64,000 nucleotides of DNA from a virus (IMGVR_UViG_3300050821_005389:32001-96000), one strand, 5' to 3'; counted from the first letter of the stretch, positions 28,601 to 37,759 are shown. Program-made: numbers and translations. The notes: generated by a model not told the origin, from the sequence alone.

Positions 28601-31600
28601 TTAAAATTTGTAATTCGTTGAAGTCCTGTAGCTGGAGTTGTCACAACAACGGCCGATAAATTCCCGTTGTTAGTTGTACCCATATTAATATTTGCTCCAC
28701 CGCCATCTATAGTAATTAAATTAGAAGCGGTAAGAGTCAGCGGACTGGTCAATGTCCAAGTACAGTTTCCGCCGGGTACATATACCGTATCGCCTGCGGT
28801 AGATAGATTTATTTGCGTCGTAATATCCGAAACTGAACACGACGCTGCTGTACGGGCTACGCCAGTACCAAAACCACCGGGACAAGGAGAATTTGTATCG
28901 CCGGTAGTAGGATAATTCGCATTTCCTGTATCATAAGAAAATCTGCAAAGTTCACTGATCCAATGCAAAGCATGACCCGTCGCTCGAGTCACACCCATAT
29001 TCCCGTGTCCGGGATTCGGGCCAGTCAATCCGTTGCTATAGCCAAGTTGTAGATTGAATCGATCGTAACCACCTTGGTGAATTGAATCCAGCAGGTTACG
29101 ATCACCAGTAAGATAATACCACTCGACAATTCCCGCCGGCCAGCAATGGTCTAGGCTGGTTAATTCGTCGCACCAGTTCTCTATACCCATATTTGCGGTA
29201 TTAGTTCCGGCTGGAAGAATCATTTGTATTTTTTGCGGCCAGCCCCATTGGTCAAACGTATTGGCTGGACACGACGGCGCGGCTGGAGTTCCAGTACACA
29301 ACGATCGCCAATGACCTGTCCAATCCGAATGAGGCAATGCCGTATCAGCGACGTTAGTAATAAAGTTTAATCCGTAAGCGTATCTTCCGGGAACGCTTCC
29401 TGAAGTAGTGTTATATCCTCGTTGAATCCAATTCTGTATAAAAGATTCCATTACGTCGTGTTGATTACCAGCGCCGGCTTCGCCCCAAAGATACGCCGGA
29501 TAAACCGCCATATCAACGGGTTGAGTTCCTTTAGCCGTAATTGGGTAAGCAATACTTGTTGCCGTTGACGGCGTGTTATTCGAACCAAATTTCAATGTCG
29601 TCGAGGTAACAGCGGTTACTGTCAACGTAGCAGGTGAACAACCACCGGTACAACCGTAAAATGATACGACGGTTGCCGGACTACTTGAATATGCGTCCGT
29701 AGTATTCGGAACAGTAATTGTAGGAGTCCCGGCACCGCTCGTAATGGCTACTACGTTCTGTTGATCTTGAACGTCGTCTAAGCATTGGCCGGGGCTATTA
29801 GCTACCGTCTGACTACATGCTAATCCTATGCTCAGGTGATACGCATCTTCCTGCGAAGGATCAGGAATTTGATTCGGAAAGAAACAAACCGGTGTACTGG
29901 CCGAACAAGCTTGGTTATAATAAGCTACGGGTGCTCGAGCTATCAAAGGATGTTGAAAATCTAAAAACTCTTCGTTAGCCGCAGCGTAGTTTGATCCACT
30001 GACTACAGCGGGGTGGAAAAACCACAAAGTATTTGTATCGTTGCAATAATACGTATAACTGCAAACATAATCTTGTCCACCACCACCAAGGAATAAAGAT
30101 TGATCAGGAGCGATCGCAACGTGAAGTTCGGCGCCGCCAGAAGCTAGTTCAAGAGCCTTCGGCCAATGTGCTGCTAAATCGTCTATACCAATTTCTACGC
30201 CTTGAACACCATTGTCAACGTCAGCCCAACCCGCAGGATATTGGCTGGCTTGGCCTGAAAATTGAGTAGTTTGGGTTCCTATCGTGCCTAGATTAATCTG
30301 ATAACCGCATTGCGTATAAAACCAGCCTGTCGTCAAACCCGGACACGGCGTGCCTGTTGATCTAGCAATCGGAGACGTAAAACAATCCCAATTATTTGCC
30401 GCCGTGGTTGTTCCTGTGGCATTACATTGTGGTAAACCATTTGAAGCTGTTGCTATATCGGATGCTAAATGCTTATTCTGAAAACCAGTAGTAAGATCGG
30501 CGACTTGAGTTCCAGATAAGGTTGTGCCGGTTGTTGGAACCGTAGTGTGATTTCCTATACCCCAATTGGCGTTAACGCTTAATCCCGCCCATGTTACAAT
30601 TAATTCGGCCGATTTATATTGCTTATATGCGGTTTGAAGATCGTTACCAGGCGCTGTTAAAGAACCGGGTTGCTGCGCATTTTGTGGACAGACGGATACT
30701 ATTTTTACGTCAGAGCGACCAGCGTAAAAGTGCATTCGGACGTGACAAGCTACATAAGTATCACCTGACCCGTCGTTCGGTAGCGTGTTGACTAAAATAG
30801 CCGTTCGCATACTTCCGGCTTCTTCAATCGTAGCTGTACTAGTCGAGTCTTGGTTAGATAGATACGCCGTGTTACATCCTGCGGCGCAGCTAACTTGGTT
30901 TGTTACGCCGGATTGTCCCGGCGTTGGACCTAGAATTCTTATACCGTCGTTAGCGCCGTGGCTTCCCGTAGCGACAAAATGGTAAATTCCCGTACCCGCT
31001 GTCGTGCAGGCTAGATTGCCGCAATTGATATCTACGGCGTCGAATAAATTAAAATTATTTTTCTTAATGCTAAAACAAGCTGAGATTGCTGAAGGGCTGC
31101 AAACACCGTTCGACGTTGCTGCCGCACCGATCGTACGAACTATAATATGATTGCTGTCCGGACAATAAAGATCCGGCGTATTAGGTGCCGTACAATTTAT
31201 AGCTAGATTCGCAGATGGCTGGTTTCCTCCTGTTGCTGGCGTATACGTCAGAACATGACTGCTGTCTACGCCAGTAGGTCCGGAAGTAAATGTAGATTCT
31301 TGAAAATCGGCCAAAAGTACTTTAGTTTTTCCTGAAGGCCAATTAGCCAGAATCTGACAACTCCAATTTTGCGCTACGCTATTTACTTGAAGTTGAAAAT
31401 CTTGACAGCCATTCGCCCCGACAGATTCTGCTACAGGAACTCCTACTGTAACGGGAAGATTTGTATCTGTACCGGACGGACAAGTCGATCCGGGCCAGCA
31501 CTTATTTTGAACTGTCAAAGGAGCTAAAGCACCCGATGATGTAATCGGCACAGGCAGCATCCAAATTTGTTCAGCATTCGCGCCGGAGATAGTGGCGTTT

Positions 31601-33516
31601 TTCACGAATGCCACGAAGCAACCAGCGATAGTTTGGTGCAGCGGCGCTTGATTGCAATTGAAGGCATCCGTAACGTTGGGATCAAAGGCTCCGGTAGCAT
31701 TAAAGTTAGTCGGAGAATTGTTTTGGCAGGAGTTATTGGATAGCGCAGTACAAAACGTATTCTTGAATCCGGTCGGACCGGTAGGCGACGTAAGCGACGA
31801 TATATTTAAATCAGTCCAGGTTCCCGCTTGCCACTGGGCTAATGTAGTGCTGCCGCAACTTCCACCGCTGGGCCTGAACGCCCAAGTATGCGCCGCCGGA
31901 GCCTGACCGTCTACTAACATGACTTCATTAAGCGAACAAATATAGCTCATTAACGGATTCATAGTAGGCGGCGGTTGATTGACTGGACAGCTCGAATAGC
32001 AATTATCTTGTACTCGCTTCCACGTTCCTGCTGTAGCAGAAGTCAGGTTAAGAACCCAAGTGTCATTAAAAGTAGTAGCCGCCGTATTTGTATACTGAAA
32101 CCCGAACATTATGAGATTTCCGTTACCGTCGCCAGGAATAGTAGATTGTGATTGCGCCCAACGCGGATAAGGATAGGTTCCACCCGAGAAGTTCGTCGTC
32201 GGACACGGATAAGTACCGCCGCTACCAGGCGCAGTTTCGAGATTTGTCCATGTTCCTGTATTGATGGCGTATAACAGTGTTTCGCATTGGCTATTAGATG
32301 ACCAAGCGCCCCCAAAAAAGACTAGGACGTTGTATTTCGCGTCGTAACCCGTTAGAGGAAAATTGTACCCACAGGCTTGACTAACAGTACAGGGAATACC
32401 GTTCCCAGCGGGTGTAGAAACCTGCGCGTTTGGCGTAGCGCACCAAGTTCCAGCAGCAATGCCGCATATTGCGTTAAACACGTAACACTTCGCCCCTGTT
32501 GTGCATCCAGACGTCGAATTATTTTCCACGGCTTCGTACAAATCCATTATTCCAGCATGAGTAGTATAAATACGTGTTGCTCCGCCGCTACTATCACCCA
32601 CGCCTGCGCCCATCCAGAAATTTCCGTTTTTATCAAAAGCGGATCCTTCCGAGTGCCGTCCAACAGGCGTGAGTGGCGCGTCCGCAGGCCCAATGATTTT
32701 AGTCGGCGCTGGTTGTGCGCCAGAAGTGGTACAAGCTGGAGGAGAAGTACACGTATAAGACATTATTTGCGGGGTATTAGGCTCGTTATAAGTAAATTGT
32801 TGGCACAAATAAGTCGGAGTAGTCGGACTTCCGATACAATTGGATACGCTAGCAATTTGGTATTGTCCGTTATAAGCGCAATCCGGTGAGCTGCCATTCA
32901 TGATACCAGTATTGTCTACGCCTACGGTCGTACAATTAGTAGGAAGAGGGCCGACATATTGCGGGGCGTTTCCGCCCCCGACACTTATCGTAGATGGTCC
33001 TGCGCACCACGGCCAAGGATTAGCTACGCTGGCACAAAAAGATCTCGTACCCGCTGCGGTAGTAATCACAGTGACAACGCCAGCAGACCAGCTGATCGAT
33101 TGAATAGCTGTTCCGATGACAGAACCGTTTCCGCCGTTTTGGTGAAGCATACTGTCGTATAAAAGAAACATTCCGCCTGAAGTTCCGCCAGGGGAAGGAC
33201 AAGTATTATTAGTGTTATTTGGATCGTAGGCGAATAACGATTGACCCCACTCGTGACCGCCGCTTTGATTATCAGGCCACCAGGATTCGAGCATCCCATC
33301 TCCCGGATTGTACAGCAACGTCTGTTGTGCCGTCTGACTAGCCGGGACAGTACAATAAGGCACGTAAGTGTTCGAGGGAGCGCCACCACCGGTAGGATTA
33401 GGCGGAAATCCATTCGCGCCGTAGACTTTTTGCGACCAGGGGAATTGAGCTTTAGCCAACGGACAGAAAGCGAGAAAAACAAGAACAGCTAGAAGTCTTT
33501 TAAATTTAAATGTCAA
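25600..33516 (-). CDS. Giant secreted Cys-rich multidomain protein (propeller, lyase-like core, beta-helix, Fn3-associated domain)
   Basis: 2638 aa. Signal peptide MTFKFKRLLAVLVFLAFCPLAKA. Kelch-like LVFFGG/NDTWVL motifs. VTVGVP...LANWPSG resembles the PL26-type N-domain. GDTVYVPGGNCTW...YTPYTYPHPL beta-helix block. TFAPAGGTY...YTTDGSTPT. Ends PPPPTGLTGVVN. Confidence 0.75.
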   Translation of the reverse strand: MTFKFKRLLAVLVFLAFCPLAKAQFPWSQKVYGANGFPPNPTGGGAPSNTYVPYCTVPASQTAQQTLLYNPGDGMLESWWPDNQSGGHEWGQSLFAYDPNNTNNTCPSPGGTSGGMFLLYDSMLHQNGGNGSVIGTAIQSISWSAGVVTVITTAAGTRSFCASVANPWPWCAGPSTISVGGGNAPQYVGPLPTNCTTVGVDNTGIMNGSSPDCAYNGQYQIASVSNCIGSPTTPTYLCQQFTYNEPNTPQIMSYTCTSPPACTTSGAQPAPTKIIGPADAPLTPVGRHSEGSAFDKNGNFWMGAGVGDSSGGATRIYTTHAGIMDLYEAVENNSTSGCTTGAKCYVFNAICGIAAGTWCATPNAQVSTPAGNGIPCTVSQACGYNFPLTGYDAKYNVLVFFGGAWSSNSQCETLLYAINTGTWTNLETAPGSGGTYPCPTTNFSGGTYPYPRWAQSQSTIPGDGNGNLIMFGFQYTNTAATTFNDTWVLNLTSATAGTWKRVQDNCYSSCPVNQPPPTMNPLMSYICSLNEVMLVDGQAPAAHTWAFRPSGGSCGSTTLAQWQAGTWTDLNISSLTSPTGPTGFKNTFCTALSNNSCQNNSPTNFNATGAFDPNVTDAFNCNQAPLHQTIAGCFVAFVKNATISGANAEQIWMLPVPITSSGALAPLTVQNKCWPGSTCPSGTDTNLPVTVGVPVAESVGANGCQDFQLQVNSVAQNWSCQILANWPSGKTKVLLADFQESTFTSGPTGVDSSHVLTYTPATGGNQPSANLAINCTAPNTPDLYCPDSNHIIVRTIGAAATSNGVCSPSAISACFSIKKNNFNLFDAVDINCGNLACTTAGTGIYHFVATGSHGANDGIRILGPTPGQSGVTNQVSCAAGCNTAYLSNQDSTSTATIEEAGSMRTAILVNTLPNDGSGDTYVACHVRMHFYAGRSDVKIVSVCPQNAQQPGSLTAPGNDLQTAYKQYKSAELIVTWAGLSVNANWGIGNHTTVPTTGTTLSGTQVADLTTGFQNKHLASDIATASNGLPQCNATGTTTAANNWDCFTSPIARSTGTPCPGLTTGWFYTQCGYQINLGTIGTQTTQFSGQASQYPAGWADVDNGVQGVEIGIDDLAAHWPKALELASGGAELHVAIAPDQSLFLGGGGQDYVCSYTYYCNDTNTLWFFHPAVVSGSNYAAANEEFLDFQHPLIARAPVAYYNQACSASTPVCFFPNQIPDPSQEDAYHLSIGLACSQTVANSPGQCLDDVQDQQNVVAITSGAGTPTITVPNTTDAYSSSPATVVSFYGCTGGCSPATLTVTAVTSTTLKFGSNNTPSTATSIAYPITAKGTQPVDMAVYPAYLWGEAGAGNQHDVMESFIQNWIQRGYNTTSGSVPGRYAYGLNFITNVADTALPHSDWTGHWRSLCTGTPAAPSCPANTFDQWGWPQKIQMILPAGTNTANMGIENWCDELTSLDHCWPAGIVEWYYLTGDRNLLDSIHQGGYDRFNLQLGYSNGLTGPNPGHGNMGVTRATGHALHWISELCRFSYDTGNANYPTTGDTNSPCPGGFGTGVARTAASCSVSDITTQINLSTAGDTVYVPGGNCTWTLTSPLTLTASNLITIDGGGANINMGTTNNGNLSAVVVTTPATGLQRITNFNFTGSLNNGQSAIHVNTGNSTTGATFRLDHNTFDDGSPAAQGTIVAFSGGGAWLMDHNTLTAHHGSDELVHNSWFGTFPTGWTNDYVPGGPVSGFFEDNTCTYLSTSGFFDASSCIENFSAARITARHNTLNNMQFDAHGSGGSVSCTPTDSENSTRFWELYNNTYNTFAGINQSNYTSLRGGSGIEFNETVTGGNTIQGAFEYTEDCQPGATYPLQTQIGRGINQTSSPAYIWGISGNTALWKLFNGNTTYIQSGASVGACASVSPNHNPCDLVLPASAPATLNRCESAADQSAGCPVVYTYTPYTYPHPLITPVGKATGISLAGENIIAYVVQNPQIDAGFPLGLTDSTNCPDGFITGGQGAGPCSSGISPVRGFQYNGVSDSFIATIPISSISVTSAGPPTVVTAACTNVYPTDSTGANCDGISTSSGSPTPVYVSGVTPVAFDCHPVGCASAYVTGTNVTITYSSNTPTGTGSPSGCTGLSSGATCGVSPGPSSAATMQINAAIPPGDDPTNHATTKAFMTSQLEEGIFEFAQTEEYIRGYDWSGVTFTGVLNGTSSNTQILSDRSLLQSAYAIGNYIDQEHFQPKTLWNPGGLGYDNFHHFLNTTPPAFTGGPAKLSLPNGVANGTSYGDWGYGLCGVVGPKIGIPSNSTTAANEWQPDYELYLQLVQSIGGSYPQERYSHQYYVTDNCILKGSALTSQYTPDTNVATLQPMQGFTVNGLAGGHCNGPSTCNTNWASSTSIPFLLPAPNGNPTPYWFLTYSCVANSNAAGGCGNSTPNGLQIVNWQKFHNNCQTSSLTIECTNGTGLIANNPCNGGLNAALDPVTGQSPGCWEPGVTPDKTVNFFASTPVYPQPLSTATSQSFSCASGLVCTAALFAYQQQQSTTPTVSQVTFAPAGGTYTGSQNVTLSVTTPGSVTICYTTDGSTPTEVSHVCSGGTTQTYIGTAIPVATGTTVLTAIGTLTGFNDTTPPSQATYIINSGTIPPPPTGLTGVVN

Positions 33517-33866
33517 TTATTATTCTCCATCAACAATTTAACTTGTACAATTTGACCTGGTGCGACATAAGTCGCATAAGGAGGATCTTTTAAAAATCGC
33601 GGTGCCCAGAAGCCATTTTGAATCATTTGTTTAATTTTCTCTGTTAACTTGTCTTCGGGCAAATCAACCGTCAGCGAAGTCTTAAATCCGTCGTCAAAAC
33701 AACAATCTGTCTTCAGATAAACCCTGGCTCGAATCGTAGCCGGTTTTTCAAATTCATCCTTGAACTCTTCCCACAACTGGTTCCGAGTCATTTTACTAAA
33801 CCGGCGAATCATCGCACGACGTGCCCGAAGCCTGATTTCTTCTCTACGCCGTCTAGCACCGTTCAA
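33513..33866 (-). CDS. Hypothetical protein
   Basis: 117 aa, 4-nt overlaps on both sides. Confidence 0.55.
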   Translation of the reverse strand: MNGARRRREEIRLRARRAMIRRFSKMTRNQLWEEFKDEFEKPATIRARVYLKTDCCFDDGFKTSLTVDLPEDKLTEKIKQMIQNGFWAPRFLKDPPYATYVAPGQIVQVKLLMENNN

Positions 33867-34102
33867 ATCTTTTTGCCTTTATAAACGAGGAAGCAGCGGA
33901 GATCTTTGTCGTCACCTTTGATTAAACCGATTCCATCCAAGATAAGGAACTCTTGTTGTCCTTTAGTCACGACTCGCACGTCTTGATAACCTACTGCGAT
34001 CAGTTTCGATTTAATTTCTTCGTAAGTTTCCGCCGTTAATGCCAGCGTGCTCTCGACTTTACTTTCGCTTTTTGTCGGCATCGTGTTCGGCGAGGATTTC
34101 AC
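33863..34102 (-). CDS. Hypothetical protein
   Basis: 79 aa in a tightly packed operon. Confidence 0.5.
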   Translation of the reverse strand: MKSSPNTMPTKSESKVESTLALTAETYEEIKSKLIAVGYQDVRVVTKGQQEFLILDGIGLIKGDDKDLRCFLVYKGKKI

Positions 34103-34373
34103 GGACTACTTTGGCGATTTCTTCTTTCTTTTTAGCTTCTGCTGTTTGTTTATTAAGTTCGTCGGTGATCCAATTAAGATGGTGGAGTACGCCATCAAAA
34201 AATAAATTTTCCGGTCTAGGAAGTTTTAGAGTAGGGTGGTTTAGAGCCGCAGTCAAAAAATTTCTAATTCCAGCATTTTTCTCGTCTAAATACCTATCGT
34301 ACCTATTCGCTTTCTCAATTGCGCTATTTAAATCATCGGTCAGTTCGTCGATTCGGTGATAGTTGAACATCAC
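34059..34373 (-). CDS. Hypothetical protein
   Basis: 104 aa, helical and charged, coupled to the upstream gene. Confidence 0.55.
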   Translation of the reverse strand: MMFNYHRIDELTDDLNSAIEKANRYDRYLDEKNAGIRNFLTAALNHPTLKLPRPENLFFDGVLHHLNWITDELNKQTAEAKKKEEIAKVVREILAEHDADKKRK

Positions 34374-34852
34374 TCTCCTTGTCCGTCAGTAATAGTTTTC
34401 TCGCACCACATGCAAACTGGTACAGGTTCTATCTGTTCAAGCATATCATAAACAGGCTGAAAACAAAAGGTACACCGTACGTCGGGCGGACTAGGCGGTT
34501 CAAATGGCTTGAACGGAACTTCATACCGTTGCTCCGGTTCGGATTGCTTAAATTGTGGTCTAATTGCCTTTTGTCGTTTCTTGGCATCTTTTAATAACGC
34601 CTGTTTTTCTTTACCCTCGGTTACCAGTTGGCTAAACTTGGCTAGCGCGTCTTGCGCTATCTTTATGCCCGAAGCTGGCTGGTGCTTCTGGAGATACTTC
34701 AGGCACTTTAGTCTAGTAGTATACCATATCCAACTGGGCGGTCCGGTTGTACGGAAGCCGGCCGCCTTGGCTGCGTCCAGATCATCTCGAAAATAGTTTG
34801 AGTCGAATTGCAGTTCAAATTGGTTATCCTTACTGTTCCAGATAATCCGCAT
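34370..34852 (-). CDS. Hypothetical protein with C-terminal CxxC...CxxC
   Basis: AKAAGFR...WIWYT segment; CTFC and CMWC pairs. Confidence 0.6.
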   Translation of the reverse strand: MRIIWNSKDNQFELQFDSNYFRDDLDAAKAAGFRTTGPPSWIWYTTRLKCLKYLQKHQPASGIKIAQDALAKFSQLVTEGKEKQALLKDAKKRQKAIRPQFKQSEPEQRYEVPFKPFEPPSPPDVRCTFCFQPVYDMLEQIEPVPVCMWCEKTITDGQGE

Positions 34853-35073
34853 TAGACAAGAGCGGAGTCCACTTGCATCTTTAAACTTTCAAAAATCGAC
34901 CGATGCGTTTGCATCTTTCTGCGATATTCTCGAAGAGCACCGTCTATTACTCGAAGATACTGCTTGGCGACTTCCGGATCGTTCGCCGTTTTGACACCGA
35001 GATAATCATAGCCAGCGCTGTCGATCCACTGCTCCAGGAATCCGATTGCGTAAGCTGTTGCTTCGTCACCCAT
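34852..35073 (-). CDS. Hypothetical protein
   Basis: 73 aa, GAGGT RBS, TAATG coupling. Confidence 0.55.
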   Translation of the reverse strand: MGDEATAYAIGFLEQWIDSAGYDYLGVKTANDPEVAKQYLRVIDGALREYRRKMQTHRSIFESLKMQVDSALV

Positions 35074-35275
35074 CTTTTACCTCACTTGCGCCGTTACCGT
35101 TTTCTTTTTTCTTTAAAGCTGTTTTTCTTTTGGCTTCCCGCCAAGCCTTCCGTTCCTCATGTCTTTCCTTGTGCATATGATATACACCGCGTTCATATCG
35201 TCTTATCGCTTCGCCTTGGATAACGATCCATATTAATAATGCGATTTCAATCCAAAGAGCTATTTTCTCTTGCAT
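35066..35275 (-). CDS. Small membrane protein (one TM helix, basic tail); possible lysis accessory
   Basis: IALWIEIALLIWIVI then a Lys/Arg-rich tail; lies close to the endolysin. Confidence 0.5.
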   Translation of the reverse strand: MQEKIALWIEIALLIWIVIQGEAIRRYERGVYHMHKERHEERKAWREAKRKTALKKKENGNGASEVKDG

Positions 35276-35427
35276 TTATTTTTATCGTCTTTCGGTTCTT
35301 CCGATAAGATGATTAAATATTCTTGATTCAACTGTTGTATTTCGTCGTGGTGACGCTTTTCTACCAACCGTCGTTTTTCCTGGTGAGCCAGTCTTTTTAA
35401 TAACCAATTACGATATTTTTGGCCCAC
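35260..35427 (-). CDS. 55-aa hypothetical protein not in the ORF track
   Basis: GTG after AAGGAG; MGQKYRNWLLKRLAHQEKRR...; fills the gap. Confidence 0.45.
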   Translation of the reverse strand: MGQKYRNWLLKRLAHQEKRRLVEKRHHDEIQQLNQEYLIILSEEPKDDKNKCKRK

Positions 35428-35566
35428 TTAGCTCCTTTGGTTTAAAAGCTTCCAGTTGCGTCATTCGATCACTCAATACGACTTTAGCGGCCATATAGTC
35501 ACGTTCAAGTCTGCGTTCATCGTCGTAAATCTTTTGGCGCTCTTTACTGTATTCTTCCCAAGTCAC
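35408..35566 (-). CDS. 52-aa hypothetical protein not in the ORF track
   Basis: MTWEEYSKERQKIYDDERRLERDY...; GTGA overlap with the endolysin stop. Confidence 0.5.
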   Translation of the reverse strand: MTWEEYSKERQKIYDDERRLERDYMAAKVVLSDRMTQLEAFKPKELSGPKIS

Positions 35567-36090
35567 GAATTTATCCGGCGAATCCAACTGCTAATAAATG
35601 ACCGCTCGTTAGGATTATTGCTGGCTGCTTGGATAGCGTTGGCTACTAATCGCGTTTTATAAGCTACTAAGAGAGACACAGGTTCAGAAGCGTTCACAGC
35701 AGCTAAAGTACGTTGTCCGAATTGCATATCCGGGACTACTTCCGGAAATTGTGGTTGAAGAATTTCCTGGAGATCTTTTACGGCTCGCGGTGGTCCGAAT
35801 AGCACGCCTACGTCAAAAACTTTATTGCAGACGAACTGATCTTTAATTTGTTCGTACAAAGGATTCCAAAATTCTTTCGGGGACGTGAAATAAAGTTCTT
35901 TAGCGCGATCTACGGTCAAATTTTCTATATCTTCAGTAGGGAATTGTGATGCAGAGATACCGTACTTAGTCCCCTTTAACTCACCTACGTTTACTTGACC
36001 GCCAGTCCAGTTGCCTTTATCTGAAGGGATTTTTTGAAATCCCCCTTCGTTGACGAGCGTAAGGGCGACTGAAATATCAAAATTACCCAC
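35563..36090 (-). CDS. Endolysin, glycoside hydrolase family 108 with PG-binding C-terminus
   Basis: NEGGF...DKGNWTGG...GTKYGISA and C-terminal FISSWIRRI. GTG 36090 follows GAGGAGG. Confidence 0.85.
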   Translation of the reverse strand: MGNFDISVALTLVNEGGFQKIPSDKGNWTGGQVNVGELKGTKYGISASQFPTEDIENLTVDRAKELYFTSPKEFWNPLYEQIKDQFVCNKVFDVGVLFGPPRAVKDLQEILQPQFPEVVPDMQFGQRTLAAVNASEPVSLLVAYKTRLVANAIQAASNNPNERSFISSWIRRINS

Positions 36091-36281
36091 TAGAGTTCCG
36101 CCTCCTCGCCCCAACGAGTCGCAGGTTGCGGACCCGCTGACCTTTCATATGCACAAGCGCGACAGGACCAACCGTTCCCTGGAGGACTACCAGGACGATC
36201 ATAGACGTAGAGAATCATTTCTTCTTTATGTTTTTCACAAACCGGCGGATTTTGTAAATTATTTAAGGAATGTATGGACAT
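36090..36281 (-). CDS. Small Zn-ribbon-like protein
   Basis: 63 aa with CEKH...WSCRAC. Confidence 0.5.
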   Translation of the reverse strand: MSIHSLNNLQNPPVCEKHKEEMILYVYDRPGSPPGNGWSCRACAYERSAGPQPATRWGEEAEL

Positions 36282-37224
36282 TTGTCGTACTCTCCGGGTA
36301 TGTATTCATCATTTACTAATTCTCCCGTATTTTTAATCACTTGAATAGCTCGGTCATCCCATATTTCTAATACGTTATGAGTTTTCATACAGGTGATAGG
36401 AAGCTTTACTCCTACGTATTTTAAACACCATTTGTCAAGGCGTTTACAAAGTTCATTTAATTCTTCTCGGGTTTGTAAATTACCGTGTCTATCAAAAGGA
36501 TTAACTCGGGCCGTAAAAAGTCGAACCTCGATACCAACAAAAAGCCATTTTTTAACGCGATCAAGCATCAATTCAACGGGTTTTCCTAAAGGGCCATTCC
36601 ATTTTTTGGTTCTTCCAACAGCTAAAGTTCCGTCAAAATCGACTGCCACATAGCCCTTATTTTCTACCCCACCACCCCCATTTAGCAATTTCTTTTTTTG
36701 TAAAGTAATTGCTATCGGTCGCCATCTAAAAACGTCCTTGGTTTTTTTCCGGTGACACGGGGAACAAAGTGTCAAACCATTCGAAACATCGTATCGAAAG
36801 TCCTTAAAATACGCCCACGGCAATATGTGGTGGGCTTCCTTAGTTCCCGATTTTTTACTACACTCAACACAAATGTATTTATCTCTTTCAAATACAGCCT
36901 TTCTCCATTGTCGATACTCTACTGTTGTAAGATCGGCTTTACGTCTCTTCGTGACTCCACCTCGCCAGTTCGAATTCTTTTCTTTACTTCTAGATTTCCT
37001 TAAACACACTTTAGAACACGTACTAAATCTTTTACTGATACTCCTACCTTTTATAAAAACTGTTCCGCAAACCTTACAAGTAAATTTTGAACTCGCATCT
37101 TAGCAAAAGTTTGTTCTCGCCATGCTAACCGACAAACCGAAGAACAGAAATGATGCTTAGATTTTTTAACTTGGGAGACCCTGTGATCAGCTTCTCGACT
37201 GCATAATTCACAAACAACAATCAC
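36263..37224 (-). CDS. Frameshifted Zn-finger/HNH endonuclease fused to a HAD-family phosphatase-like domain
   Basis: ORF 37224-37051 (CELC...FCSSVC) continues in the -1 frame as FTCKVCG...TCSKVC...NWRGG...WRKAVFERD...CVEC...AHHI...NGLTLCSPCH, then VAVDFDGTLA...FTAR...WDDRA. Confidence 0.75.
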
Positions 37225-37759
37225 TAGATTCCTTCAAATGTTCTGTAAGAATATGATTCAAAGAAAGATGAAAGTCTTCTATAATTCCGTAGTCAACACT
37301 TGAACAAACTAGAGCAACGTCGGTTAAATCGATTAACTTTCCGCCAGCCATCCCTATCAAACCTATAATGTAGGCGCCTTTCTCATTAGCATAGCTTGCG
37401 GCCGAAAGAATATTGGGCGACGTACCAGATGCTGAGATAGCTATCAAAACATCTTCTTCCTGTATCAAAGTTTTCAACTGGTTAGCAAAAACTTGTTCAT
37501 AAGAATCGTCATTGGACCAAGCTGTAATCGCTGATGCATCTGTCAGACTGATAGCTCGAAGTCCTCCGACCTTGTTGAGATCCAAAGCCATATGCGAAGC
37601 TGTGCTGGCACTTCCGCCGTTGCCGATAATGAAAACGTTTTTGTTCTTTTCCCTGGTTTCAGTAAGCAAGATAGCCGCGTAATCCAACTCTTCAAAAGAC
37701 AATTCTTCCCAACATTGCTGTAAGCCTTCCCGATAAAACTGTGTTTTAGCTTCCAACAT
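37208..37759 (-). CDS. gmhA: Phosphoheptose isomerase (SIS domain)
   Basis: IGNGGSASTASH, TAWSND, ISASGTSPNI, IEDFH; adjacent to hddA. Confidence 0.85.
   Translation of the reverse strand: MLEAKTQFYREGLQQCWEELSFEELDYAAILLTETREKNKNVFIIGNGGSASTASHMALDLNKVGGLRAISLTDASAITAWSNDDSYEQVFANQLKTLIQEEDVLIAISASGTSPNILSAASYANEKGAYIIGLIGMAGGKLIDLTDVALVCSSVDYGIIEDFHLSLNHILTEHLKESSDCCL

Noticed and set aside
25567-33492. Many + strand ORFs of 60-170 aa opposite the giant gene
   Set aside because: They lie wholly antisense to a coherent 2638-aa gene and look like off-frame translations.
35066-35275. Definite holin call
   Set aside because: One TM helix near an endolysin is suggestive but not enough to assign function.
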